From Hypanus sabinus (taxonomy: Eukaryota): a stretch of DNA of 64,000 bases. The notes beneath the pieces were generated by a model, which made no database searches, was not told the origin of the DNA, and worked only from the letters and a program-made list of their open reading frames with translations. The stretch is taken from positions 21,018,001 through 21,082,000 of the forward strand of contig NC_082731.1 of assembly GCF_030144855.1 (NCBI RefSeq). Direction: 5' to 3'. Positions 1 through 13,914 of the stretch are shown here, one piece after another; within the stretch, counting starts at the first letter, position 1, and each line of letters begins with the position of its first letter. The position numbers and the translations under genes are program-made.

Positions 1-3000
1 AATTAGGCGGAAAGAATTGGTGACTGTTTGTGTATAGACTGTTGAGACGGGAAGGAGACATTGAGTTTCATGTAACATCGCGAGAAAAAAGAAGATATAT
101 TCCAGCAGATGGCAGCATATCTTCAGCGCTTCGCTCACGAGGACTGTTCATTCTTCGATTTTCGCAGGAGCTTCGAGGCAAGCATGTAACTGCTGACAAA
201 CTATACTCTTGCATTTGATATAGTACCTTTCTCTCGTGAACCTGGACGGTAAATTCCTTGTAATCATCTTCTTCAACATCAAACTGATGGATATCAAGGA
301 TCGAAGGACATACGTAGATACCTGTGTCAGAATTTGAAACAGCATTTCTTTTTGAAAAGTATTGAGATTAATCAGGGAATTCCCTGCCTACTTTATGTGA
401 ATTTGCCATGCACCGATTTTCTGAAGTAGAGACTCATAAATAAGCAATGAAAACATAAATAACCACTTGTTTTAGGTGATTGTTCAGCAGGATATAATGT
501 TTCCCATCCCAGTGCATGTTTTCTGCAGATTTTGATTTATGACCATTAAGTCGCAGAGATCATAGAGCATGTCTCGCATTTTTGAAATAGTGGTACACGA
601 GTTCTTGGGCTATTGTGTGGGCTAGTCATCATTGAAAAGAATACAAGCGTACAAGCGATTTTTAATTATCATAAAAGATTGTGATATCAGAATTAAACAA
701 ACTCCCCATTAAGAGAAGCAGAGTGGAAAAATGCAAATCAGTTTGATTGAACCCAACCCTGGATTGTATGAGGAAACACCTATACCGATGATATTTTCAA
801 ACTGTGACCTTCTCGAAATCATGGACTTGGAAACTGCAACGCGCCCCAACTTGCGTTACTCTGATTCAAAATCTATTTTTTTAATCTGAATTCGAAATCA
901 TTTTTGAATGAGCACCGATCTCATATTGTGTATATGACGTGAGTAGAAAAAATAAACAGATGTAAAAGGGAATGAGATCAAGCTGTCTTTGTAAATTGAC
1001 GAATGTCATGTCGCACGACACACAGAGGTGGTGTCCCATTCCTTATGATGAATTCTTAAGATTCTATGCATTGTATGCTGCAAGATATTATAGTATTTTT
1101 CTCTCATTTTAAACATATTACCGGTTTGAGCAATCAACATCTCTGCAAATGTAATTCCTCAGATGGACATAGAGACATCTTTTTAGTTCAAGCTGCACAT
1201 GTGTTGTTTTTTTATCTTTCTTTAATTTATTTTGTCTCCACCATTATCTGTGCAGACAACCGAAGTATGCTGTGTGGAAACCAGCTACTGGAGTCGATGA
1301 ATTCACTAATGGTAGTTTTGTTGATGAGCTCTAGTTATTGACAATGCGTAGCGATTCACTATGGCATCTGTGCAGCTGACTGTCTCCGCGTGTTATTTCC
1401 GTGTGGAGATGAAATTGAGAGTAACTTTACGATATTTCCACAGCTACTGCACACAGTTTTGCATTGCGGTTCTGTAGCAAACAGTGGGAAACAAACATGA
1501 AACACTAAACAGGAAACATTCTCTGAACGTGATTGCAACTACTCCACTGGGTTGTAACATACTGTATACGGTACTATGTGATATCGGATAATGAGGTAAG
1601 TAAAGGTAAAAATAAAATTATATATCTGAGAGTAATTACCACTAGTTAATAATAAGTTAATATTAATTGTTATACCTGATGTTACAAGTTACTTTAGTTT
1701 CACGTTACACATTGCGAAGAAAAGTAATAATGTAATTCGCACTTTCTATTGTGAGAATAAGAAAGGTTTGTCCAGTAACTCAGTCTAATGCATTATCACC
1801 AGGTGTAGTATGAATCCCTTTTATCTCTGTGTTCTTTCCTTACTCCTGCAGCTGCCTAGTTAAGATTGTGAACAGAATAAAGTGCTCAATAAGTGTCTTG
1901 GAGTTTGTCACACGACCGCAGTGTAAGCCTACGCAGGACCCAGTTTCAGAGCCGTTGCTGTAATATGGAGTGTGTTACAATATTGATAAATAAGATCGTG
2001 TGAAGGGGCATACTTGTTCAGGATTAATACAACACGTTTACAGTTATTGTGTTTCTCCATTTTAATGTAAAAGTGTAACAAATAACAACATACCGCGCCT
2101 TCAGTTTCACAAGTGAAAGAGAACATGAAACTAACAAACACAATGCCAGACGGCATCTGTGCAGTGCGAAGAGTTCATGGTATTCAACGTATACCGAATA
2201 AATTTTCCAATCTATTATGAACCAGTGTAATATGCATAGTGAGTCACCAGAGTGCAACAGAGACCAGAGTATAATAAATGATTGTTCAACAGCCTACAGT
2301 ATAAACAGTGGAATAATTAACATACGAAGTTAATACAATATTATCAAGACTTGTGAGAATGTTTTAACAGTATTTTTTTTTCCTTTCTGTTGTTTTCCGT
2401 CTTCTCATGACCCATAAGGCCGATGTTGGTGCACTTTTCAAAGCTGGGTTTCTTATGTCCTCTCAGTTAGGGAATAAATTCAGGCAGATCTGCAAAATGG
2501 AAAAGTAAAGAATTTATAATGTACTATAAACTCCAGCATGACTATTTCAATTTCAGTTTATGACGATGCGTTCAACCTCAGCAAATCATAAAAAGAGGAA
2601 AGCATGTTTAATATTTGTATAAAGTTAGGGAAAGTTAGTCGACCTTCAACTTTTGACTGCTATCACAACGAAGACGCGGGAAGGAAAAGTTTGAGTCCGT
2701 AAATGAAAGTGTACCAAATGAAATACGGCTAATCATAGTGAATTCAACTGAAGCGAAATGTGAATAAATTTACTGGACTCAGAATGAATTAATTGATTTG
2801 CTCCTAAATGCTCCAAAATTAGATTTCTACCTCTGCTGTTTCTTTTTCCCTCTTCTTCTTTATCTGCAAAATGCATCCATCAGCTGGAAAATGCAATCAA
2901 GTTAATTCTCAGTAAACTGTTAAGACAATCATGCGGCGTTGTTCTACCAAGTAGAACTTGTTTATTTTTTTTCAAGACTTTCAAGAGGGAGTTACAAATT

Positions 3001-4359
3001 GTGGCCAACATTTTATGGCTGCATAATCAAAGGCTACTTCTGCGATTGAATAAATGATATATAAATAAATATCAGATAATGAAATAAAAATAGCTAACTA
3101 AATAAGTAACATAAGTTGATACATAAATAAACACAAAACTGAATGGTAAATAAATAGATAAATAACAATTAAATAATTAAATATAAAACGAACAAACAAA
3201 CAAACAAATAGATGGTTAGGTAAATAAATAAATATATAGATAAATAAATGGAGATTTAGAAAATAAAATAACACAAATTATAGCAATGACGAATACATAG
3301 ATACGCAGTTTTGTAGATAAAGAAATAAGGATAAATCAACAAACAAGCAAATAAGTAATGACATTTCAAACAATTCAGAGATATTGCGTCTCCTGATGAC
3401 ACTTCAAAAATGGCTCTACTATCCTTCTGGTGTGAGACTATACAGGAACGTTCAAAGGCATTTCTTAAATCGACTGTCTCTCTCACTTTCAGTCAGGCGA
3501 TCCTATTTCAACTGATTTACTGTTCACACGCTTATACCCCCTGGAATATTACGCTACATCCGATCATATTGTGCATCTGGTATTTTGTTCTCTATTATTG
3601 AAATTTTCGAAATGATCTTTCAAAAGACAATGTTCTCATTGCATTCCTCTGTTCATGTTATGAAATCTTATTAAAATCGTACAGGAATATAGCATTTCAG
3701 ATCAAAAAAGGAAATTTGAAATCGAAAGCCTGTCGGAAAAGTAGCCGTTTCCTGCTGTTAATAGAATTTCGATGCGTGATTTGGAGTGTCGCGACTCTAA
3801 CGCAAGAATTGCAGAACTAAGATGTAGTCCATTTCTGCTCCTGTTCAAACTGACCCTGCTGCAACTTTGTAGTGAACACTGGGCAAAGTCAATTCAAGTA
3901 TGTCTAATTAAAGTACTTGCAATCGGATGTGCTGTTACAGTGAAATTGTCTTTCTCCTTTTCACACGAGGGGGTTTAACAAATCTATGCAATGTTGAAGG
4001 AGCTCAGGGCATATTTTTTAAGTTGTTACTTCGGTTCTACAAACACCCAGGTAGCTTAAGCTTTTAATTGAATTTATCTGTCATCTAAAAGCGTCGGATA
4101 AATTGTTTCGAAATACAAATTCATCCCGACTTCCCACCAAACATTATTTGCAAGTCATACCGATTCTCATTTATTTATTTTTTTTCTTTCTTTGCTTGTT
4201 TGTATACGTAGTTATTTCTGGAGACACAGTTAGGAATTTGTTCTTTCTGTACTTCCAGTCACGGAGCCAGAAAATCCCCAGATTCAATCCTAGCTTAATC
4301 ACGCTGTAACTTACAACAATCAAATAGCCTTCCAAAGCATATCAGAAGTCGACTCCTTG

Positions 4360-4490
4360 AAGGAACCATAGCAACCGACATAAATCCCATGTGGTCCGGG
4401 GAGAATGTGCAATCTCTATACAGGCTACAGTTGGAATTGAATACGAGTCATAGGTACAGTAAATCGTTGTGCTAACACATATTTTGCTGT
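4360..4490 (-). mobile_element. V-SINE-like head fragment
   Basis: ggggagaatgtgcaatctc...ggaattgaatac...gtgctaac is the reverse-strand form of the same SINE head. Confidence 0.5.
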
Positions 4491-5327
4491 TTAACCTTTC
4501 CCTTTCTCAATGCAACTCGTGGCAACTGAAATCTTTCCCAAAACTGTTGCAGGCTCTCGTCATCAATCATTCACCGTCTATTTTGTAAGTTTGTAGCCGA
4601 TTACACGACCATTGACATCATTGTAGCTTCAACCGGCTTCGGTATATTTCTTCCACTATAAGATTCCTCTACTATAAAAAAACGGCTGCAGGAGTGGTCG
4701 TCGTTGGGTTTCCAAAGCAGATCTCTCTCAAATCACGATCATTCATGCGTTCGACCAGTTCATTGCCACTTGATGCCGGCAGCGTAAATGTCGCTATTGC
4801 ATCAAGGAAATCTGTTATTGGAACAGTTTTCGCGGCGACCTAGTAGAATTTCCTACCACTTTCTTTTGCATATTTTTGACATAAACCACAAACCTTGCAT
4901 TTCACCTTCAGAGCAAACAGTTATACTGCAAATGAATATGGCGTTCTGCTTGACCCTGTTGCAGTTACAGAATCACGTACGGTGATTATGCTTAATATTC
5001 TGGTGGTGATGCACATTCTAGTTCATGGTTACACACAAGATTATCGAAAAATAAGGAATAACATATATTTCAATTGCTGTTGGCTGTGCAGCGCAGTATC
5101 TTCTGTTGCGGTTGACAATTATTGAAAATTTTCTAAGCGGGGAATTAACAAGCAACTTGGTCAATGCAAATAAATCAAGTTTCATTTCAAAACAGATAAA
5201 CGTTTGCTTGAACCGCTCAGTTTCTGCACTAACCCTTGTAAACAGTATGGACCTTTAATGACGTGTTTAGTGATTTGTTCCAGTCATTTATTTTGTGAGC
5301 CCTCTTGCGTAAAGTGAAAACAAATAA

Positions 5328-5350
5328 ATATATATATATATATATATATA
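5328..5350. repeat. (TA)n microsatellite
   Basis: Direct reading. Confidence 0.9.
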
Positions 5351-5849
5351 AAGTTAGAGAGACCGAGCACAACATGAAGGGGTTTGCATTTTTTACGAAT
5401 TAAGCAGAAAATTAGTTTCTGTAGCTCCCAATTGCTTTCTGTTCCAAGATCTCTTTACGTAATAGTCAGCGTGTCAACCTCATTGTCTGTGTACTGACAA
5501 ACATTTGTATGAGTGAATAATTCCCTCATCTAATGGAACTGCTACATTCAATTAAACCGACGAAATAATCAGAACATTGAAAATCCTATATCAATCCCTG
5601 GAAGTATTTACAAATCTGCCAGACTTTGAAAGTGTATACGATCATTTCAGGCTTGCCAAACTTGCTCTGAGGAAATGACCACTTTAAGTCTGCACATATC
5701 CCATCTGCCAGCTGTAAAGCAAAATTACTTTAGATATTGTTGTTTGACTGCTCGGTGAGTACAACAGTGAGAATTACATGATAAATTATTCGTAATCACT
5801 CAGTAACTTACAGTATGATTACTTTAAATGTAATGCAGTTGATTAATAA

Positions 5850-8215
5850 ATTGATCTTTCCCATCTGGTCCTCTCATCTGAAAACCCTATCTGTAGTCAG
5901 TGATAAGCTGTCTTCTAACTTCAAAGCATTCTGTTGACACTAGGCATATTTGGTTACCTCAGTTCCTATCCACCGGTACTGCATGACAGAATACAAAAGC
6001 CTATGACACTGGGCAGCATGAATAAAACTTGTTATTTTGAACATAACTACTGTACTTTGATTACAACAAACTCCTTCTAAAGTAGGGTTTATTTGACTTG
6101 GCAGTTTTCAATGTCTGTGCGCCCTGTTGGACAAGTTGTGTCTTGGGATGGAGTAGCTATAGATACATCTAAAATAGATGCAGTGACAGACTAGCCAAGG
6201 CTGCGGACTATGATCGCCCTATGATCGTTCCTATGGATTCGGAGTTCGTGAAGGACTACTCTAACGTGTGTTAACCGATAAAACATCTTCTGTGTTGTTC
6301 CCCTCCCTCGGAGACAAAAGTCATGAAGGAGCGGACAGTAAGTTTCATCTTACTTCATTGGAGCCGTTTGGAGGGAGATGGGATGCAAAATGTGAAGTGG
6401 TCTTTCAGTCGCTGAATGAACTGCAATGAATGTAACCGTGCTGGCTTTTGAATGACGTATTGGCAGCATTTGCTTGCCACCAGAGAGGGCTTAGGCTGTT
6501 TTCTATATCGGGATCAGGGCGGAGGGTTGGGAGCTGTCGCATTTGACAGCCCAAGAACGTCACCCTCTGAGAAACAGTTTCCAACTTATAAATTGGAGTT
6601 CCTGGCATTGAAATGGGCTGCGGTGCATAAGTTAAGCTGCTATATCAATGGTGCCAAGTGTAATGTAAGGACGGACAAGAATCCCTTAATTGATACCTTG
6701 AGCATGGGCCATCGGTCGTTGGCGGCACTGTCTTCCTACGATTTCAGCCTGAAGAGTCGGTCCGGAATCCGATGCGTTTCCCGATGTGTGCATGAAAGGC
6801 TTGATGGAGGCGGAGAGTATGTGAGTGTTTCTGCCGCTGGAGTGAAAGCCATTTGCTCGTTTCCCATCACGGTGAAGGCGATGGAAAGTGAGGCGGATCT
6901 AGCGGTAGATCATTTGGGAGTTTCCGATGGTGCAATTTCACAAGCTTAATGCAAACCGACTGCTCTGAAGAGAGACTAGTTTACAGAATTGTTTCATGGG
7001 GCGGAAGCAATTGCTCACCGAGACCATACAGGAAGCGGTACCCTTTCGCCTGCGGAAGCGAAAGGGGACATGGACAAAGCGGACAAATCGAAATACTCTG
7101 TGGTGCCTCAATTACTGAAAGAATGGCCCAGATTTAGATCGATGTACTAGATATTATATCGAGCCAGGTCGCCTCCACACCGAGCACAGCGTTCCTACCT
7201 GTCTTTGCCTGAGAATTATTTGAGGATTGTGTGGAAGTCGCTTTATAATGCTCCTGGATATTTGGGGTGTTGTCAAGACCAATAGATTCCTCAGAGATCG
7301 GTTCTACTGACGCTGGATGAAGACAGTGGTCGAGATGTAATGCAAGTCGTGCATTTGATGTATAGAAAAGAAGATTCTGCCTTCGAGGGCCGTTCGATTG
7401 TTCCGCTTGAAGAGTGCCGGGTCACTTGAACTGAGTGTGTGGATTTCCTGTCATTAGATACAGTTGTCAGCAACATTGAGAATGACTTGTGTATTACGGA
7501 TCACTACAGCAGATATGCGTAATAATTCCTTGTCAAGGATCACTGGGCGTCCACTGTGGCCAACGTGTTATAGGAGAAATATTTCATTTATTATGGCCTG
7601 ACTAGGCGTATACATAGTGGTCAGGGATTGAATTTCCACTTTAGCCCCATACATGAATAACGGAGCCTGACATAGGGAAGTCGCGGTCTAAGCCATATCA
7701 CGTGTAGTGTGATCCCCAGACCAAGTGTTTCAATCTTCTTGGATATGCCCGAAACTTTGGACATCAAAAAATGAACAATTGGCGTCAACATATTGGATAT
7801 CTGGTCCACATCTACAACTGTGCACAAAGTGAAGCTACAGGATACTTGTCATATTATCTGATGTTTGGGCGCGAGACGAGGTTGCCTGCTGACCTCTGTT
7901 TTGGGACAGGAGAGGAATATCCACCGCCGGTGACTTAGCTATATTATGTACCTATCATGAGAAAGGAGCGGTAAAAAGGCTTATGAATTAGCGGAAGTCT
8001 CGGTACCAAGAAGAAACAAGGAAATAAGAGGAGGTATGATGAAAATTTTAGCTTCTCCCAAATCATGCTGAAGACTGAGTCCTCATAACGAATGTAAGAT
8101 TATCTGGGAAGCATAAGTTGTTTAACCGCTTTGCAGCTACTCCCTTTGTAATGGAGAGTGAGATGCCAAACGTGCCAGTTTTCCGAGTGAACCCACAGAA
8201 TGGTGGATTCCGTAC
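5850..8215 (+). mobile_element. Ancient Gypsy pol remnant (RT/RNase H/IN), copy in cassette A
   Basis: FPTYKLEFLALKWAAVHKL...VRTDKNPL (RNase H) and PFVMESEMPNVPVFRV (IN C-terminus). Heavily disrupted. Confidence 0.78.
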
Positions 8216-10139
8216 CAGCAGGATGGACTTCAAAAACTCCAAAGTAATGTTGCAGCTGTATAGAACCCTAATTATACCACACTTGGAATGTCGTTTTGGA
8301 TTGGTTGTCTTCTTTTCGGGAGAATGTAAGAACGTCAGAGATGGTGTATATTGTTTTTCCTGGGATATTGGCTTGACAAAGGCCCTTCTCTTTCATATAA
8401 AAAAACATGGGCGAGCAAGGACCTTTCTATGTGAAATAATTGAAAATGAGCGATACATTGATTGAGCTGTTCAAGATACCAGGATGCATGAACTGACTCA
8501 GAGAGCTGTTCCTAGGGCGGTCAGACAGAGGTGGATGTGTCATATTAAGATGATAGGTGCGATGTCTGAGTTCAGTTCTTTTCACGGAAAGTGGGTTTGC
8601 AGAATTTCTAGTTACGTATGGTGTTAGTGACAGATATATTGGGCAAATTATGAAATTCTTAGGTGACCAGATGGATGAAAGAAAATAGATGGAGTCATAT
8701 GCACGATGCAAAGGTTAAATTAATCTCAGAGTCGGTTCAATACATTATTCGGCACAGTATTAAGGGTGAATTACCAACATTGTTCTGCTATGTTCTGTTC
8801 TATGTCAGACTCTCACTGGATGCAGGATAATTATCGACAGTTGGGGACGCAAGCAGGAAATTGCCTTTCACAAGATACATGCATGTACTTTGTTAACATC
8901 TTCCTTACCGGAGCTATTAATCATGCAAACATACAGAGCCAGCTACCAAAGTGATAGTTAGAGTGAGAGAGATCGATGGAAAGAAAGCGTGGGGGGGAGG
9001 TTTTTGTGTGGGGGAGAGAATGGATTTCATATGGTCCACACACACTTACTGCTGAACAAAAGTCTGGAATACGGTAGTTGTATTGTACATGTCAATGTAA
9101 TAATCAGACATTTTAAATCACTCCACCAAACCCAAATTTAATTGCTTAATTTGTCATTTATTCAAAATAATTGGGAGTTGGAATAGTGCAGGCGATGTCT
9201 CAGTCTGTATAGGGAAGGGAATTCTCTTAGATTTGACTTCGTCTGATACTATATATGTTACTGACCAGAGTTGTTGTTGAAAGGACGTCAGAGAAACAGA
9301 ACGGGAGTGCTGCGGGAGACATTTTGATATTTTCCTCTCATCAGTGTGAAGAGAGGCGGGAGTGCGTAGGCATGTGACGTCGGGCAGTGAAGCACGGAAG
9401 ATTTAAAAACAGAAATCCTTATTCGGATTTAATTTGCAGAAGGCAGTCTGAGAATCAGACCGGGAGTGCTGCGGGATCCATTTTGATTTTTACGTCTCAT
9501 CGTGGTTAAGAGTGGCGGGGCTGTGCAGGCGTGTGACGTCTGGCAGTGAAAGGCGGAAGATTTAAAGGATACAGCCTTTTACAGCGGGCAGCGTCATTTG
9601 TGGGCAGCGGAGCCAGCCGGGAGCAGAGTGAAGGCTTAAGAGCTTTGTCTGAACGGCCTGAGGCGCTGTAGTTTGCAATTTTTCTTGTTAGATGAGGAAA
9701 GGGGGGATTATGAGGGTGAGGGCAGTTTGTAGTTCTCTTTCTTTCATTTACAATCTTTTTATTAAATTTCATATATATAAAAACATAACATAGTATTGTA
9801 TTAAATAGGTTATGAACACATTAAATTTAAAATTAAATTAGTAACAAGATAACAATATCTTATTAAACTATCAGCAAAAAATGAAGATCTTACAGTAATC
9901 AATCTAACCTATATTAATTATACATGAAAAAGATTAAAAATAATCCTCAAAAGAAAAAAATATATAACATACAGGAAAAAATGTATATTAAGAAATAGAA
10001 AAAAAATAAACGTAAACTACCATGGGCAATAATAATAGTCTATATGTATATGGTAGTGTCAAAAACTCCGGAACTCCATACCAGAACAGAATAAAAAGAG
10101 TAAAGGTCCGGAATAAGCCAAATTAATTCATATGAAAGT

Positions 10140-13100
10140 ATCGAATGAACAGTTCCCAAGTTTCTTCAAATTTAATTGAAGAATCGAAAATAGTACTTCT
10201 AATTTTTTTCTAAACTTAAACAAAAAATAGTTTGGGAAAACCACTGAAATGTGGTAGGAGGATTTACTTCTTTCCAATTTTGTAATACAGACCTCCTGGC
10301 CATTAATGTTACAAAGGCAATCATTCGTCTAATTGAAGGGGAGAGTCGACTATCATCTTCATTTGGTATACAAAAAATTGCAGTGACACAATGAGGTTGT
10401 AAATCAATATTCCAAACTGAGGAAATGGTAGCAAATATGTCCTTGCAATAATTATGTAAGGTAGGACATGACCAAAACATGTGTGTCAATGAAGCCACAT
10501 CTAAATGACATCTGTCACTTTGAGGATTAACATGAGAATAAAACCGAGCAAGCTTATCTTTAGACATATGAGCTCTATGTACGACCTTAAATTGTATTAA
10601 TACATGTTTAGCACATATAGAAGAAGAATTAACCATTTGTAAGATTTTTTTTCCCATTTTTCCGTTGATATATTGTATTGAAGTTCTTTTTCCCATTCCT
10701 GTTTAATTCTGCCCGATACCTCTGGTTGTATCTTCATAACCATATTATAAATAAAAGCCACTAATCCCTTCTGACAGGGATTTAAAGTAAAAATCATATC
10801 TGAAAAATCTATCAAAGTTGAATTAGGAAAGGATGGCAAAACTTTATATAAAAACTTTCCAATTTGTAAATATCTAAAAAAATTAGATTTAGGTAACTTA
10901 AATTTGTTAGAAAGTTGGTCAAAAGACATTAAACTACCTTCAGAAAAAATATCACGAAAACATATTATACCTTTTCTTTTCCATATGCTAAAAGCTTGAT
11001 CTATTAAAGAAGGTTTAAAAAAATTATGTAAGATAGGGCTATTAAGAACAAAGTTTTTCAAAGTAAAAAGCTTACGAAATTGAAACCAAATTCGTAATGT
11101 ATGTTTGACAATAGGGTTAGATATCTGTTTATTAAGTTTAAATAAGTCAGCAGGAAGAGAAGAGCCAGGAACAGAGAATAAAGAATAGCCTTGTGTATCA
11201 TTACATTCTAATGTTACCCACTGTGGGCACAATGGTGAATCTAAATCTAGTTTCCAATATATTAAATTTCGAATATTATTCGCCCAATAGTAAAATCTAA
11301 AATTGGGTAAGGCTAAACCACCATCTTTTTTAGATTTCTGTAACTGTCTTTTACTTAATCTGGGGTTTTTATTTTGCCACACAAATGATGAAACTTTTGA
11401 ATCAATGTTATCAAAAATGATTTAGGAATAAAAACTGGTTAGGCTTGAAATAAGTATAAAAATTTCGGTAAAATCATCATTTTAATAGCATTAATCCGAT
11501 CAACTAATGATAAGGATAAAGGAGACCATCTGGTAATAAGTTGTTGAATTTGATGAAGCATAGGTAAAAATTTCAATCTGAATAAATCTTTATATTTCTT
11601 GGTAATTTTTATACCTAAATAAATAAAATTATCAGTAACTACTTTAAATGGTATCCTGTCATTCAGTAAAGTTTGTACATTTAAAGGGAATAATTCACTC
11701 TTATCCAAATTTAGTTTGTAACCAGAAAAACTACCAAATTGAACCAACAAGGATAGAATAGCGGGAATAGACCTATCAGGATCAGAAATATATAACAACA
11801 AGTCATCAGCATAAAGTGATAACTTATATAACTTCTCATTACGGGTAATACCAAAAATATTAGGAGATTCACGAATAGCAATGGCTAAAGGTTCTAATGC
11901 AATATTAAATAATAAAGGACTTAAGGGACAACCTTGTCTCGTACCACGAGATAATTGAAAAAAAGAGTATCTATAATTGTTCGTAAGAACAGAAGCAACA
12001 GGTTTATAATATATTAATTTAATCCATGATATAAAATTAGAAGTAAAATTAAAATTTTTCAAGGCATTAAATAAATATATCCATTCAACTCTATCAAAAG
12101 CTTTTTCAGCATCTAATGAAATAACACATTCTGGGGTTGTGGGTGAAGAAGTATAAATTATATTAATCAATTTTCTAATATTAAAAAAAAATATCGGTTC
12201 CTAATAAAACCAGTTTGATCTCCTGAAATAATCTGTGATAATACCTTTTCTAACCTAATACCTAAATTTTTTGTAAGAATCTTAGAGTCTACATTTAGTA
12301 ACGATATAGGGCGATAAGATGCACAGAAATTAGGATCCTTATCTTTTTTAAGAATTAAAGAAATAGTAGCTTCATAAAAAGACTGGGGTAGTCTCTTCTT
12401 AATAAATGCATCATTAGCGATTTCACATAGCCAAGGAGAAAGCAAAGAAGAAAAAGTTTTAAAAAAATTCTATAATATAGCCATCAGGACCAGGAGCTTT
12501 CCCTGAATTCATCGATGAGATAGCCTCTCCTACTTCGGTCATAGAAATAGGAGCGTCAAACAAACTTCGATCTTCATCTGTCAGTTTGGGAATATTCAAA
12601 TTGTTAAAAAAATATCCATCATAGACAGATCGCCATCAAATTCTGATTGATATAAAGATTTATAAAAATCTTGGAAAGTATTATTGATTTCCTTATGATC
12701 AGTAGTCAGATTAGCGTCTTGTTTACGAATTTTAATAATTTGTCGCTTAGTCGAAATTGCTTTTAATTGGTTAGCTAACAATTTACCAGTTCGATCACTA
12801 TGAATATAAAATTGAGCCCTGGTCTTAATTAAATGATTCTCAATTGAAGAAGATAATAATAAGCTATGTTCGATTTGAAGCTCAACTCTCTTCTTATAAA
12901 GTTCCTTGGTAGCAGTCACGGAGTAAATCTTATCAATCTCTTTAATTTTATCCACCAATAAAGCTATATCTAAATATCTTTGTTTTCTTTTACCAGCGGA
13001 ATATGAGATAATTTGTCCACGAATAAAAGCTTTAAAAGAGTCCCAAAGTATTCCTCTGTCAATCTCTTCAGTATAGTTTGTTGAAAAAAATAAGTCAATT

Positions 13101-13914
13101 TGCTGTTTTATGAAGGTAATAAATTCTGGATCTTGAAGCAAAGTAGCATTGAGTCTCCAAGATCTAGTATTAATGGAAGAGTCCGAAATCTTGATAGATA
13201 ATTTCAAAGGTGCATGATCCGAAATAGCAATAGAATCATATTTACAATCAGTAACATCTGTTAATAAACGATGATCAATAAGGAAATAATCAATTCTAGA
13301 ATAACTGTGATATACATGTGAAAAACAAACGAAAATACTATATCCTTAGGGTTCAAAATCTGCCATATTTCAGTAATTCCCGAATCAACCATAAAGGAAT
13401 TAATAAGTAAGGCTGATCTATTCGGAATAATTCGAATAGGTTTAGATCTATCCATCAAAGGATTCAGAAAACAATTGAAATTTCTACCCATTATCAACAT
13501 ATATTGATTTAGATTAGGAAGGAAAGTAAATAAACGTTTAACAAATTCAGGGCAGTCAAAGTTTGGAGCATAAATATTAACTAGAGTCACTTTTCGATTA
13601 AAAAGTGAACCAGTTATCAACAAAACTCTGCCCTGTGGATCAGAAATAATTTCATGATGTGTAAACGAAATTGAGGGGTCTATAAAAATAGACACACCCC
13701 TAATTTTGGCGGTACAATTCAAGTGAAATTGTTGACCCGTCCAGAACCAAAAAAAAGCGTAGATTATCCTCCCTCCTAATATGGGTCTTCTGTGCAAAGA
13801 TAATATTAGCATTTAGTCTATGGAATACTTCAAATATTTTTTTTTTTTACGTTTGATCGGATGATTTAAACCATTAGCATTCCAAGAGATAACGTTAATA
13901 GACTTATCCATCAT
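10140..13914 (-). pseudogene. L1 ORF2p (APE endonuclease, RT, C-terminal CCHC), multiply frameshifted
   Basis: Starts SINVISWNANGLNH (APE motif I). Contains VNIYAPN, SLDAEKAFDRVEW, GTRQGCPLSPLLF, LYADDLLL, and C-terminal C-H...HMFWSC. Confidence 0.92.

Larger units (their letters stand above)
1..8215 (+). repeat. Segmental duplication copy A: V-upstream region of the cassette
   Basis: Anchors: 272-294 equals 59555-59577 (23/23); 2100-2170 ~ 33710-33780 ~ rc 44260-44190; 3625-3670 ~ 35110-35150 ~ rc 42580-42545; 5400-5560 ~ rc 40860-40700. Confidence 0.85.

Noticed and set aside
4988-5030. Leader-like peptide MLNILVVMHILVHG
   Set aside because: No good splice donor and no downstream V exon. 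The paralog at ~41220-41260 lacks the ATG.
8999-9007. Perfect nonamer GGTTTTTGT
   Set aside because: No heptamer at either spacing.
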